Source: Pelagomonas calceolata
Lineage: Eukaryota
Direction: 5' to 3'
Length of the DNA: 64,000 nucleotides
Assembly (NCBI GenBank): GCA_918797485.1
Contig: CAKKNE010000002.1
Span: 806,001 to 870,000 of the forward strand
A program made the position numbers and the translations under genes. How positions within the stretch are numbered: the first letter of the stretch is position 1; the number at the start of each line of letters is the position of its first letter. Positions 52,093 through 61,999 of the stretch are shown piece after piece. The notes below the pieces were generated by a model. It saw only the letters and a program-made list of their open reading frames with translations. It was not told where the DNA came from and searched no databases.

Positions 52093-52716
52093 CTACTTCT
52101 TCATCTTTTTGTTCGCCGCGATGGTGTACTGGCGGTACTTCTCGGCGCGGTCCGGCATGGCGCTCTTGAAGCGGAAGCGGATGCCCAGGTCGTTCGTCAG
52201 CTTCTCGGCCTTGGCCGCGTCCCGCGAGTGGAGGTAGTTGATCAGGCGTCGCCGTTTGCTGACGAGCGCGAGGAGGCCCCGCCGCGAGGCGTGGTCCTTG
52301 GGGTTCGAGATCACGTGGTCCGTGATGTGCTTGATGCGCGCCGTGAAGAGCGCGATCTGGACCTCGGACGAGCCGCAGTCGGTGTCGTGGCGCGCGTGCG
52401 CCGCCTTGGCCGCGGCGCGCTCCTCGACGCAGATCTCGCGCGGCGTCACCGACCACTCCTTGATCTCGCCGACGTCGGCGCCCTCTAAATCGAAACCCGC
52501 AAGTAGGTCTTCGTCCCCGCTTTCCTCGGTGTCCCAGGCGGCGTCGTCGACGAGCGCATCCTCGAACTCGGCTCCCAGACCCTCGGTGTCCTCGAGCGAC
52601 GATGTCCCCCGCTCGACAACAGAAAACAATTGCGCGGCGCGCGGCGCCCGCGGGGGTGCGATGGTGGGCACCAGCGCCAGCGCCGGGAGGGCTAAAATAG
52701 CGAGGCGCAGCGGCAT
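52093..52716 (-). CDS. rps15: Nucleus-encoded plastid ribosomal protein uS15
   Basis: HDTDCGSSEVQIALFTARI..H...KDHASRRGLLALVSKRRRLINYL; signal + transit presequence. Confidence 0.9.
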   Translation of the reverse strand: MPLRLAILALPALALVPTIAPPRAPRAAQLFSVVERGTSSLEDTEGLGAEFEDALVDDAAWDTEESGDEDLLAGFDLEGADVGEIKEWSVTPREICVEERAAAKAAHARHDTDCGSSEVQIALFTARIKHITDHVISNPKDHASRRGLLALVSKRRRLINYLHSRDAAKAEKLTNDLGIRFRFKSAMPDRAEKYRQYTIAANKKMKK

Positions 52717-53160
52717 TATTGGCCGATGTCGCTGAAGAGCGCTGACTTCAGGTAGTCGCCGGCGAGGCGATATGTCTCCACACCAGCGCGTGAGCTGGTG
52801 AGGGTATAAGCAAAAGGTGTATAGAGTGCGTCGGTTGCACCGCGCGGGCCGCCGGGGCCTAGCAGCAGTGCAATTTGTGACGCTGTGTGTCTCTGGACCG
52901 CAACTTGGCGCTCAGGCTAGTAGGCCGGGTCGAGCACCCGTCTTTTTAACGCTCCCTGGAGAGGCTCCTGGACAGGTAGGCCGCCCAGGCATCGGCCAAA
53001 AACGGTGCCTCCGGGCCTGCCGGGTGCAGCAGCGCCGCCACCCCAATTGCTGGGGCCTCACGCCGAGCGGAGCTCCTCTGAGACGCACGAGGCAAACGCC
53101 GAGACCACCCGTACCCACACCGAACCGGTGAAGGAGCGCTGCCCGCCAGGGAAGGGCAGC

Positions 53161-54225
53161 ATGGCCACACTCACCCCAACCTCCCCAGCAGACAGCTTCA
53201 TCGTGTCCGACAGCGGCGACGACGAGAGCGTAGCCTCAGACAGCGGTGACGACGACAGCGTCTGGGCCCTGGACCTCGACGACGACGAAGCCGCCGCCGA
53301 TACGCCGGTCGCGTCGCCGGTAGGCCCCAACGTGACCGTCGGCCGCGTCTGCGCTCGGGCCGCCGCGGCGCGGGCGCGCGCCCTCGACCGCGCGCGGGCC
53401 ATGGCAAGAGCCGACGCGTACCTGGACCTGAACGGCGAGGCTAGACAAGCGCACGCGGCGAGACAGCTCCGCCTCGACCACTTGCGGCGCGAGTGCGCGG
53501 CGCTGCGGCTGTCGGCGGCGCTCGTGCTGGCGAGCGCGCCCGACGCCGTCGTGGCGGACGCCGACGAGTTACTAGATCAGGGCTACGCCGCCGACGAGGT
53601 GTTGGCCGTCGTCGCGGCGACGCAGCCCGCCGCCGCCGCGGCCGCGCGGCGGCGCTGGGAGGTCGACGCTGACGACGAGGGCCCGCCCCTCAAGTCGGAG
53701 ATGTCGAACCGGAGCGCGACGATCGCCCGAGGGTTGCTACAACTTTTCTTCGCCGACGGCACGATGGCCGGGCTCGCGCGGTGCGCGGCCGCGTGCGACC
53801 CCACGGAATACGCGCGCGACGCGGCCATTCTGAAGCTCCTCGCGTCGACGCTGGACCTGCCCCTCGAGATCGTGCGGCTCGTCGGCGAGTTCGCCGTGCA
53901 GTCGCCGCTCGCGCGCTTCTCGATGGCGGGCCGCGTCGACGGCGCGGTCCTGGCGCGGCTCCTGCGGCCGCACATCGACGGCGTCGTCGGCAAGCTCAAG
54001 CGCACGAAGCACTTTGGGCGCGTCGTGGCCGTCGCGCGCGGCGCCGCCGTCGCGCTGCCGGCGCCAAAGCCGCGGCCGAAGAAGAAGCCGCTCCCGAAGC
54101 GGCGCTGGAACGCGTCGTCCATCAAACGCGACCCGCGCGGCGTCGCGCGCCACTGCCTCCGCGGCGCGCGCGGCCGACGGTGCTTCTGCGTGGACTGCTG
54201 GAGCGCGACGCAACTTATTAAGTAG
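53161..54225 (+). CDS. Hypothetical protein with C-terminal Cys cluster
   Basis: Long ORF; acidic N-terminus; HC..RCFCVDC end. Confidence 0.6.
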   Translation: MATLTPTSPADSFIVSDSGDDESVASDSGDDDSVWALDLDDDEAAADTPVASPVGPNVTVGRVCARAAAARARALDRARAMARADAYLDLNGEARQAHAARQLRLDHLRRECAALRLSAALVLASAPDAVVADADELLDQGYAADEVLAVVAATQPAAAAAARRRWEVDADDEGPPLKSEMSNRSATIARGLLQLFFADGTMAGLARCAAACDPTEYARDAAILKLLASTLDLPLEIVRLVGEFAVQSPLARFSMAGRVDGAVLARLLRPHIDGVVGKLKRTKHFGRVVAVARGAAVALPAPKPRPKKKPLPKRRWNASSIKRDPRGVARHCLRGARGRRCFCVDCWSATQLIK

Positions 54226-54252
54226 TAGTAGTGATTACTTGCAGGGAGGAAC

Positions 54253-54865
54253 TCAGTCCTTCATCTTGGCCTGGACCTCGGCGCTCGTGTAGGTCGTGTC
54301 CTGCGTGAACTCGACCATGACGGCGTCCTCGTTCATGACGGGGATGTGGCCCGGCGGCACGAGGTAGGTCTCGCCCGCCTGTGCGCAAATCGACCAGTGA
54401 GCAGGCGTCGATGGCGTGCAGTGGCGAAGCCCGCGAAATCTGATTTCCACACGGCCGCCCCACCTTGATGATCTTGATGTTGTCGGGGTCGTCCTTGAAC
54501 TTGATGCCCATGGAGCCGCTCTCGAGGTAGCCGAAGTGCGTCACCGGGCACCACATGACGGGGCCCTCGCCGGCCTTCGAGAGCATCGGGCTGATGGTTT
54601 TCACCCAGTCGAAGCCCTTGGGGATGAAGATGCGCTGCACCTGGCGGCCGTCGGGCAGGTCCTTCTTGAGCCACATCTTGGCGCCGCCGAACCTGCACAA
54701 GAATATCTCGAACCCACGAACGGTCATGATGTCGATGCGGCGCGACGACAGCGCTTGAAATTTTTCTCGATCGCGGCGCCCGCGGACGGTCGTGACGTCG
54801 CGATGCGGCGCGACAGCGGTTGCGCGGTTGAAGTAAGATGCTTACTGCTGCGCGATCGGGAACAT
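54253..54865 (-). CDS. Small monocupin protein (124 aa); 3 exons (54865-54846, 54692-54464, 54378-54253)
   Basis: WCPVTHFGYLESGSM..IKAGETYLVPPGH; two GT-AG introns give a continuous frame. Confidence 0.8.
54379..54463 (-). mobile_element. TIR introner intron (85 nt), reverse orientation
   Basis: gtggggcgg + ccgtgtggaaatcag ... cactggtcgatttgcgcacag | gcgggcg. Confidence 0.8.
54693..54845 (-). other. GT-AG intron (153 nt)
   Basis: gtaagc...ttgtgcag; restores MFPIAQQFGG. Confidence 0.75.
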
Positions 54866-55183
54866 TGCGACCGCGAGTATCACTCGTGGGCGCTCCGACT
54901 GCCCAATTCTTCGGCTGACAGCTGGAAACGAGGTTATCTCACGCTGGCGCTGCACTCCTTCGTGGGTGCCCCGAGTGCGGAGCCGCAGGGCTGGCAGACG
55001 ACATCCGGCGAGGCCATTTTTGCTGTGTTTGCGTTTTTGGGGGGTCTGGGCTAAAATGTTCCAGCGCCTGGGTCTGGGCACGGCGGCGCCCAGCATCGCA
55101 GAAGGAAAGGTGGCAAGCCTCGCCCGACGACTCGCACTGATCGTTTTGTTGCAATTTTCGGCAGGAGAGGCCGGCCCCAAACG

Positions 55184-55207
55184 GCTAGTGACTTTACAGA
55201 CGCTAGC
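55184..55207 (+). promoter_or_regulatory. GCTAG-box upstream motif
   Basis: gctagtgactttacagacgctagc, in a divergent region. Confidence 0.65.
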
Positions 55208-55317
55208 TCGCTTTCAGGCGCAGCACGAAACCAGGCTCAAAACCCAGTAGCGAGCAAGCCGAGTGCAAGCTGAGCAAGCATTTTGATCACTAATCGAGCA
55301 GCGAAGCCGAGCGAAGC

Positions 55318-56307
55318 ATGAAACTCCTCCTCTGCAGCCTCCTCTGCAGCCTCCTCTGCAGCACAGGGCTAGCAGCAAGCGCCGCCCCGCAAAAGCACCT
55401 CGTAGTGCTCGTCCACGGCCTCTCCGGCACCGCCGCAGATCTCGGCTACCTCGCGCGCCGGCTCGAAGCGGACGCTAGCGTGCGCGTGCTCGCGTCGGGC
55501 GCGAACGAGCCCTTCCCGCGGACGCTCGACGGCGTCGACGCGGGCGGCGCGCGCGTCGCCGACGAGGTGCGGCAAGTGGCGAGCGCGTACAAAACCATCA
55601 GCTTCGTGGGCAACTCGCTGGGCGGCCTCTACGCGCGCGCGGCGCTCCGCGAGCTGCGCGACGCTGCGAAGGACACGTTCGCCGGTCTGACGCCGGCCGT
55701 CTTCGTCACGACGGCGGCGCCGCACCTCGGCGCGCGGCAGACGACATACGGCCCGCTCGCGCCGCTGCTCCGACTCCTCCCGTCGGGGGTGGCGATCGCA
55801 AAGAGTGCACGAGACGCCATGCTCCAGACATCTGCCGTGGCGGACCTCTCCTGTTGCGAGGCGCTCGCGGCGCTCGCGCTGTTTCCGAAGCGCCGCGCCT
55901 ACGGCTCGGCAGCCGGCGACTTCATGGTGCCGACCGCTTCGGCATTATTTACCGCGGCGTCAAGTGACGAGCTGCGGGCCGCGGGCATGAGACTGGGGAG
56001 TGAAGACGCGCCCGAAAACGGTGCCGCGTACCTCATCCGTGAACTAGACGGCGTCGACGCGCAGCTGCCGCCGGCGGAAGCGGAGCTGGCAAAAGCTCTC
56101 GACAGCGTCGGCTTCGAGCGCGTCATGATCGAGTTCGAGAGCCCGGGGCCGCTGGGCACGCCGTTCGCCCACAACAAACTGGTCGCGCTCGAGCGGCGGC
56201 CGGGGCCGACGGCCTCGCTGATCAAATACCTCGAATTGACGGCCGACGGTCGCCCTGTCATGGACGGCCTCGCGCGGTACATCCTCGAGGAGCTCGCCGC
56301 GTTTTAG
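55318..56307 (+). CDS. DUF676-type lipase/serine esterase with signal peptide
   Basis: HLVVLVHGL, ISFVGNSLGGLYAR, PHLG, DFMVP..SA; 12-bp ctcctctgcagc x3 in the signal peptide. Confidence 0.85.
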   Translation: MKLLLCSLLCSLLCSTGLAASAAPQKHLVVLVHGLSGTAADLGYLARRLEADASVRVLASGANEPFPRTLDGVDAGGARVADEVRQVASAYKTISFVGNSLGGLYARAALRELRDAAKDTFAGLTPAVFVTTAAPHLGARQTTYGPLAPLLRLLPSGVAIAKSARDAMLQTSAVADLSCCEALAALALFPKRRAYGSAAGDFMVPTASALFTAASSDELRAAGMRLGSEDAPENGAAYLIRELDGVDAQLPPAEAELAKALDSVGFERVMIEFESPGPLGTPFAHNKLVALERRPGPTASLIKYLELTADGRPVMDGLARYILEELAAF

Positions 56308-56388
56308 ACGTTTCTGTTTGTTGTACTCTCACTACTAGCAGACGTAGTAGCAATCTTGTATGTTCTATTTATTACGTGCCCCCGTGAC

Positions 56389-57270
56389 CTATCGTTCGCC
56401 CCGGATGAGCGCCCCACTACTGCCATCACGCCACACACCAGCACCAACATGCTCATATGAGCCAAAGTGCGTCCCCAGCTCGCGAGCGTAACCGACGACG
56501 CTCCACGGACATAACGGTCTGCTCGTCCGCGTGACGAGAAGCGGCAAAACGTGGTCCGACCAAACAGGCACCAGCGCACCGGACCCGATCTGGTAGCCCA
56601 GTCGCAGCAGCTCCGCGGCGGCGTAGCGCGCGGGCCGCGGGTGTTTGCGGTGCGTCTTCCGCGAGTATCGGAGGCGCGCGGCTTCCTCGAGCACATTCAC
56701 AATATCCCTATTTCCCAATTCCCGAGCGTAATCGAACACGTCCCAGCCGATCGTAGTGTCGTTATCGACTGTACGCGATAGACACGCATTCATTACATGT
56801 CTGAAGTAATCATCGTCGCGAGTTGCCTTGTGGTCGAACGAAGCTCCCGCGTTGATCAGAATTCTCACGCAGGCCAACACGTCGGCAGGGGTTTGTCTGT
56901 ACCTGTAGCCGAGCGGCGGATGCAAACCAAGTACTGCATCTCTAAATAACATCATGAGCGGCGTAAGGTCCATAGTAAAGTTGCAGCTCCAGCGTTGGGG
57001 GGCATATGTGACCTGATCGAGCTGCGCGAGGTTCCCGGTCGCCACCAGCGCCCTCAAACAGTCGGCGCGCGCGAACAAGGAGCATTCGTGGATAGCTAGA
57101 AATACAGAGTCAGTGGAATCCATGCATTGCTTTGCGGGCCCGCGGGCGGGTCTTGGCGCTAGCAGATCAGCGCCCTCCGCCAGGCATTGTTGGACACTTG
57201 CAAGATCTCCATCATAGCACGCTCGTGATAAGCCGTCGGCCCTAGGGCGTTTAGGCCGATTTTCTGGCAT
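56389..57270 (-). CDS. Ankyrin-repeat protein
   Basis: LSRACYDGDLASVQQCLAEGAD, LTPLM, CVRILINAGA, YARELGNRDIVNVL. Confidence 0.7.
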   Translation of the reverse strand: MPENRPKRPRADGLSRACYDGDLASVQQCLAEGADLLAPRPARGPAKQCMDSTDSVFLAIHECSLFARADCLRALVATGNLAQLDQVTYAPQRWSCNFTMDLTPLMMLFRDAVLGLHPPLGYRYRQTPADVLACVRILINAGASFDHKATRDDDYFRHVMNACLSRTVDNDTTIGWDVFDYARELGNRDIVNVLEEAARLRYSRKTHRKHPRPARYAAAELLRLGYQIGSGALVPVWSDHVLPLLVTRTSRPLCPWSVVGYARELGTHFGSYEHVGAGVWRDGSSGALIRGER

Positions 57271-57415
57271 GCCGCCTCTCGTCTAGACGCACCTAAAAGT
57301 GGCCTTGCGCTTTTTTGTGTGCGGACTGGCCCTGACCTGCACAAAACGGGTTTTACAGGCTGCGCGCGAGTTGTTGGCAAAGACGCGCCCGGTAGTACCA
57401 CAAGTTTTACAACAG

Positions 57416-58755
57416 CTACTTCAGGAACACGAACGTCAGCGCCGCAGGCATGATCACGCAGCCGAGGAAGAACTGCCCGGCGGCGAGGTACCGCTTGGGC
57501 CCCGCCGGCCCGACGCGCCAGTAGATCCCGCCGGGCAGGATGTAGGAGATCGTCGTCGAGCCGGTCGCGCCGACGAGCGACAGCACCTTGCCTAGCGACC
57601 GGACCGAGAGCGCGATGGCCAACGCTCCTGCCAGGAAGGCAAGGGTGATGGAAATGTGCTCGACGTCGCGCGGCGCCTCGGGCGGGTCGTCGTCGCCCTG
57701 GGACGACGACCGCCGGCGGGACGGCGACTCGCCGTCGATGAGCGAATAGTCCGCGGCCGGCGCGTCGCGCTGGAGCAGCGATTTGATGCACTCGCGCGAG
57801 GGATGGAGCTGGAGCGGGATGGCGCTCGTCACCTCGAGGGCGACGGCGACGCGCGCCAGGGCGATCGCGGGCGCCGCGGCGTAGTTTGTAAGCACCTGTG
57901 CGTGGAAGCTCCACCCGTCGCGTCGATGGCGTGGGGCGGCCGAAATTTGATTTCCACACGGGTAAGCACGTCCGAGTGGATGCTCGCGCCGAACGTCGCG
58001 TAGCCGGCGTTCGCTATTATAAGGTAGAAGGCCAGGGCGAGCGACACCGCGCCCACGACGACGAGGTCCAGGCGTCGCCGCGTCGGGTCTCGCAGTTCGT
58101 TGTTGACCGCGAAGATGTTCTGGTGGCACGTAAAGCCGAAGACGAAGATCGGCAGATTCTTGAGCGTGCGGAAGTCGGCCACGACGTAGCTCGTCTCCGC
58201 GTCTCGGTCCGACGCGAACATCTCGCTCACGACGAGGAGCGCGATGCCGGCGCAGCAGAGGAGCGACGCCGCGCTCACGAGGCGCAGGTTGTCTAATTTC
58301 TTTTTTAGCGCGAGCGGCGTCACGACGAGCGCGGCGAACAAGATCCACGGCTCGCGCCGCGCTGCGAACGGGACGTCCGGCAGCGCCCTTTGCGCGACGA
58401 TCGGCAAGCTGTCGCCGACGACGATGAGGTACGAGCAGGCGACGCCGAAGCACTTGATGATCACGGCCAGGTCCACGAACGTCGCGAACCGCGGCGCCGC
58501 GGCGGACGCGACGGCCCGGAACGACGCCTTGTCACCGTCAACGATCTGCGCCGAGAGTGAGAGCAGGTGTAGGCCGTGCGCGCTGAACAGCGCGAAAACA
58601 AGCAACAATCCCGATCCCAAGGCCGAGCCGCACGTGGCGAACGCTGCGGGGAGCGCCAGGACGCCGCTGCCAATTATGGTGTTTGTGAGGTTGTAGACGC
58701 ATGAGCTGATCGATGCCACGCCGCCTTGCGCCGGCTCTGGAGGTGCTGCTGTCAT
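57416..58755 (-). CDS. AAAP/SLC38-type amino-acid transporter; 2 exons (58755-57970, 57895-57416)
   Basis: NLTNTIIGSGVLALP, FGFTCHQN, GYATFG, LVGATGS..YILPG. Confidence 0.92.
57896..57969 (-). mobile_element. TIR introner intron (74 nt) with exact 8-bp TSD
   Basis: gtgcttac + ccgtgtggaaatcaa ... ttccacgcacag | gtgcttac. Confidence 0.9.
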
Positions 58756-58846
58756 GACTCACGCAGCGAGCACGGATCGCAAGCCCTCTTGGAGTGTGTC
58801 AAAAGTGCTTGGACGTGTCAAAAATGAAATGCGCCCCTCTCAGGCA

Positions 58847-58869
58847 GCTAGCGGCAGTAAGACACTAGC
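58847..58869 (-). promoter_or_regulatory. GCTAG-box upstream motif
   Basis: Reverse complement gctagtgtcttactgccgctagc, in a divergent region. Confidence 0.78.
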
Positions 58870-59043
58870 AACAAGCAAGCAAGCCGCCAAAGCGGCCAAG
58901 CCGGGCGCAAAACAGCGCCGATGAATTGGCAAGGCGCCGCCCAATAGTAACAGAAAATAATACAAGCAAAGCGGCAGCCCAAAACGGCACGCAGAGGCAG
59001 CCCAAACCGGCTCATGATGGAGCATAGCTCAGCATAGTAGCCC

Positions 59044-60660
59044 ATGCGCCTCGTCGCCGTCCTCTATTGGTGCCTCGTCGCGGCAGCAGCCAAGAAGCAC
59101 GTCCTCTTCGACCACACCATCAATGCGGGCCCGATCGGTATCGACCTCGACAACCAACTCACCGTCACGGGCTTTGGCAAGCGGGGCGCGTACCACCCGC
59201 TCGCGGTGGCTGGCGTGAAAATAGGCGACGTGATCGTGCAGGTCGACGGCGAGGCGCAGCCGCCGGGCGGGCTGGCGCGGCCGCGGACGCTGCCGCGGCG
59301 CTACCGCGAGGCGCGGGCTCGATTAAACGAGGACTGGCCGCAGCGGCGGCGGATCCGGTTCCGGCGCGAGGTGGGGGAGGAAACGGCGGCGCCCGCGCCC
59401 GAGCCCGCGGCCGACGCCGGGCCGACGGCGGCCGCCGGGCCGACGGCGCCGGAGGAGACGGGCCCGACGCAAGCGGCGACGACGCCGGCCAGCCCGGAGG
59501 GCGGCGGGCGGGTCGAGGTGGCCATCGGCGGCGACCGGAAGAACCGCGGCGGCCGCACCGTGACCGCGGGGGCGGCCCTGGCGCCGTTCGGCGCGGCGCC
59601 GTCCTGCAAGGAGCGCCCGGCCTTTGTAGTGGACGGCGACGGCTGCGACCCCCGGGCATTGGTCGGCGCGCGCGGCCGCGTCGCGCTGGTGCGGCGGGGC
59701 GGCTGCGGCTTCGCGGAGAAGGCCTACGTCGCCGCGGCGCAGGGCGCCTTTGGCGTTATCGTCCTCGAGACGGACGCGGGCCGGCTCGGGGCCGAGGCGC
59801 CGGTCGCGACGGACGAGGCGTTCCTGGCGCGGCACCCGGCGGCGCGCGACGTCGCCGTCGCCGTCGTCGGCTTCGAGGGCGCGCAGCAGATCCGCTTCGC
59901 GCTGTCCGAGCACGCCGCGCGGCGCGGCGTCGCGGCGCGCTTCGTCTTCGGCGGCTGCGAGGGCGACAAGGCGCGGCCGAAGGACCGGGGCTCCGTCGAC
60001 GCGGCCGAGGCCGAGGCCGCCGCGCTGGTGCAGGCCGCCTTCCGGCCGGGGGCGCCGCGGACCTTCAACTTCGCGACGCACACGCTGCGGGGCGCGCTCT
60101 GGACCTTGCGTGGCGGCGTGAACGAGACGCTCGGCGTCGTCGCCGCGGGCGCGCGTGGCCTGCCCGCGCGGGCGGAGGAGCTGCCCGCGCGCATTGTCCT
60201 CGCGGACGTGGAAAAGTGCGCCGCCGCGACGGAACGCGGCGCCGTCGTGGCCCTGGCGGTGCGGAACTGCTCGTGCGCGGGCTGTGCGCTCCACGACGTC
60301 GTGCCGACGCTCGCCGCGCCGTCGATGGTGCTGCTCCTGCCGGACGACGACGACGCGCCGCCTCGATGCGCCTTCAGTGGTGCCGTTCCCGTGGCCGCGG
60401 CGCCGTCCACGGGATTACTCGCCGCGCTCCGGCGCGGGGCGTCCGTGTCGCTCGTCAGCACGCACCCGGCGCCGCGCCTCGAGCGCACGTGGCGCGAGCT
60501 CGAGGACCTGCGAGACCCGGCGAATTGGCCCGACGACTCTCGCCAGCGGCGGCGCGTGCGCGGGGCCATGCGGAGGGTCTGCGACGATCGTGCTACCCGC
60601 GCTCATCTCGACGCGAGCTGGGAACTCGTCGCTGCTGAAGGTGGGCGGGACGAGCTTTAG
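59044..60660 (+). CDS. ER-lumen protein with PDZ-like and PA domains (C-terminal RDEL)
   Basis: Signal peptide; GPIGIDL..GVKIGDVIVQVDG; GRVALVRRGGCGFAEKA..AQGAFGVIV; RDEL-stop. Confidence 0.8.
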   Translation: MRLVAVLYWCLVAAAAKKHVLFDHTINAGPIGIDLDNQLTVTGFGKRGAYHPLAVAGVKIGDVIVQVDGEAQPPGGLARPRTLPRRYREARARLNEDWPQRRRIRFRREVGEETAAPAPEPAADAGPTAAAGPTAPEETGPTQAATTPASPEGGGRVEVAIGGDRKNRGGRTVTAGAALAPFGAAPSCKERPAFVVDGDGCDPRALVGARGRVALVRRGGCGFAEKAYVAAAQGAFGVIVLETDAGRLGAEAPVATDEAFLARHPAARDVAVAVVGFEGAQQIRFALSEHAARRGVAARFVFGGCEGDKARPKDRGSVDAAEAEAAALVQAAFRPGAPRTFNFATHTLRGALWTLRGGVNETLGVVAAGARGLPARAEELPARIVLADVEKCAAATERGAVVALAVRNCSCAGCALHDVVPTLAAPSMVLLLPDDDDAPPRCAFSGAVPVAAAPSTGLLAALRRGASVSLVSTHPAPRLERTWRELEDLRDPANWPDDSRQRRRVRGAMRRVCDDRATRAHLDASWELVAAEGGRDEL

Positions 60661-60765
60661 GGGTGTGTGGTTTTGTTATAGTTGAATTTAGAAGTTGAAT
60701 TTTGTACTAGTATTTGAGGTATCTCAGGTTATAGTGAATGCTATCCCTAAGTTACAACAGGGCGG

Positions 60766-61549
60766 CTAGTTGTCCCGTGCGCGCTTCCTCTGGGCCCACC
60801 AGCCTGCGATGAGACTCTTCAGCGCGTAGTTCGGGGCCAGCGTCGTCGAGGCGAGTGTCGCGCCCGTCGAGGGCGACGTTTTGGTACCGGGCCGCGACCA
60901 CCACCGCTCGACGGCACAGCGCTCGTAAGTCTGTCCGTCTTCAACACAGAGAACCGGATCTTTCATCAATTCGCACGTAATGGGGCAGCAGTACTCGTCC
61001 GGGACCTCCCTCCGCTGTATCTTCAGCCTTTCGATTTCCGCCCGGTGCTCGCGCAATTCCTCCTCGATGGCACTCTGATGCGTAGCGACGTCGTGCAAAA
61101 TATCCTCAGCTTCCAATTTCTTCTCTTTTCCGCTTGCGGCGGTGGCCCCGAGAATCGCGAGACACGTCATCGGCGCGACGCCCATCTAATTTCACAACTG
61201 CGGCAAGGTGTAATGGTGTCATAGACTTGGAATGCAGAGCATTTACTTCTGCGCCGGCGCTAAGGATGAGGTCGACCATCGCAGGTGAACCGCTCATTAT
61301 CGCAACGCGAAGCGGCGTTGTTGATAAACCCTGGAACCCTTGCTCTGCGGGGTCTTTATTCATATATACAGCGCTGGGGGGCGCTCCCCGCTCGAGCAAC
61401 GTCTGCGCCGCGGAGTAGTTGCCTTTCGCAATAGCTTCTATTAGGGGCTCCAATAGCTCATGCTCGCTATCTGGCGTGACGATCCATTGTCCCTGAGCGG
61501 TAGTGCCCGCGGACGCCGCGCAGACGAGCGCCGCGGCCAGCAATCTCAT
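60766..61549 (-). CDS. Ankyrin + U-box protein interrupted by a frame break at 61186-61198 (possible pseudogene)
   Basis: TPLRVAIMSG, TPLHLAA in one frame; VPDEYCCPITCELMKDPV..GQTYER..SPSTG..LAPNYALKSLI in another. Confidence 0.65.
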
Positions 61550-61772
61550 CCGCCCTATTACGGTGCCGTTACGCGCAAATCTATCGCGAGCGGCGCTTAA
61601 GCGCGGGCGCCAAAATCACCCCTGGAGGGTCAAATTACAAAACTTTGTGTGGCGCTCGAAACTAATCCCGAGGAGCCGAGGGCGTGAAAGCAATGAGCCG
61701 CAATGGCCACGAGTCCACTAGCGTGCCAAGCGCGTCTTGCGACAGGCGCGCGAGGAAAAGTGTATGCTGGGT

Positions 61773-61796
61773 GCTAGCGGCTGGTAAGACACTAGC
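61773..61796 (-). promoter_or_regulatory. GCTAG-box upstream motif
   Basis: Reverse complement gctagtgtcttaccagccgctagc, in a divergent region. Confidence 0.78.
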
Positions 61797-61999
61797 CTGC
61801 TCCAGGTAGAAGCTCAGGACGCGGAGCCAGTGCTTTTTGTGGGCCGTTACGCATCACAAATTATTGAAGCAGTCTCTCCGCGGCACCACGGGTCCTGCTG
61901 GCGTTCCAAAATACAGGCAACACCTCCCAGAAACAGCCTCCCAGTGAGAGCTGCTACGCCGGCTTGGAGCCGGGGAGCCGAATCGCATCAAAGAAAAAA

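Noticed and set aside
59067..60638. 523-aa alternative-frame ORF, and similar R/A/P-rich ORFs across the window
   Set aside because: They overlap better-supported genes, have low-complexity composition and contain no domains.
915..61796. GCTAG-box as a CRISPR repeat, Helitron end or MITE
   Set aside because: Copies are dispersed kilobases apart, one per upstream region, with no spacer array, no shared flanks, no TSDs and no upstream hairpin.
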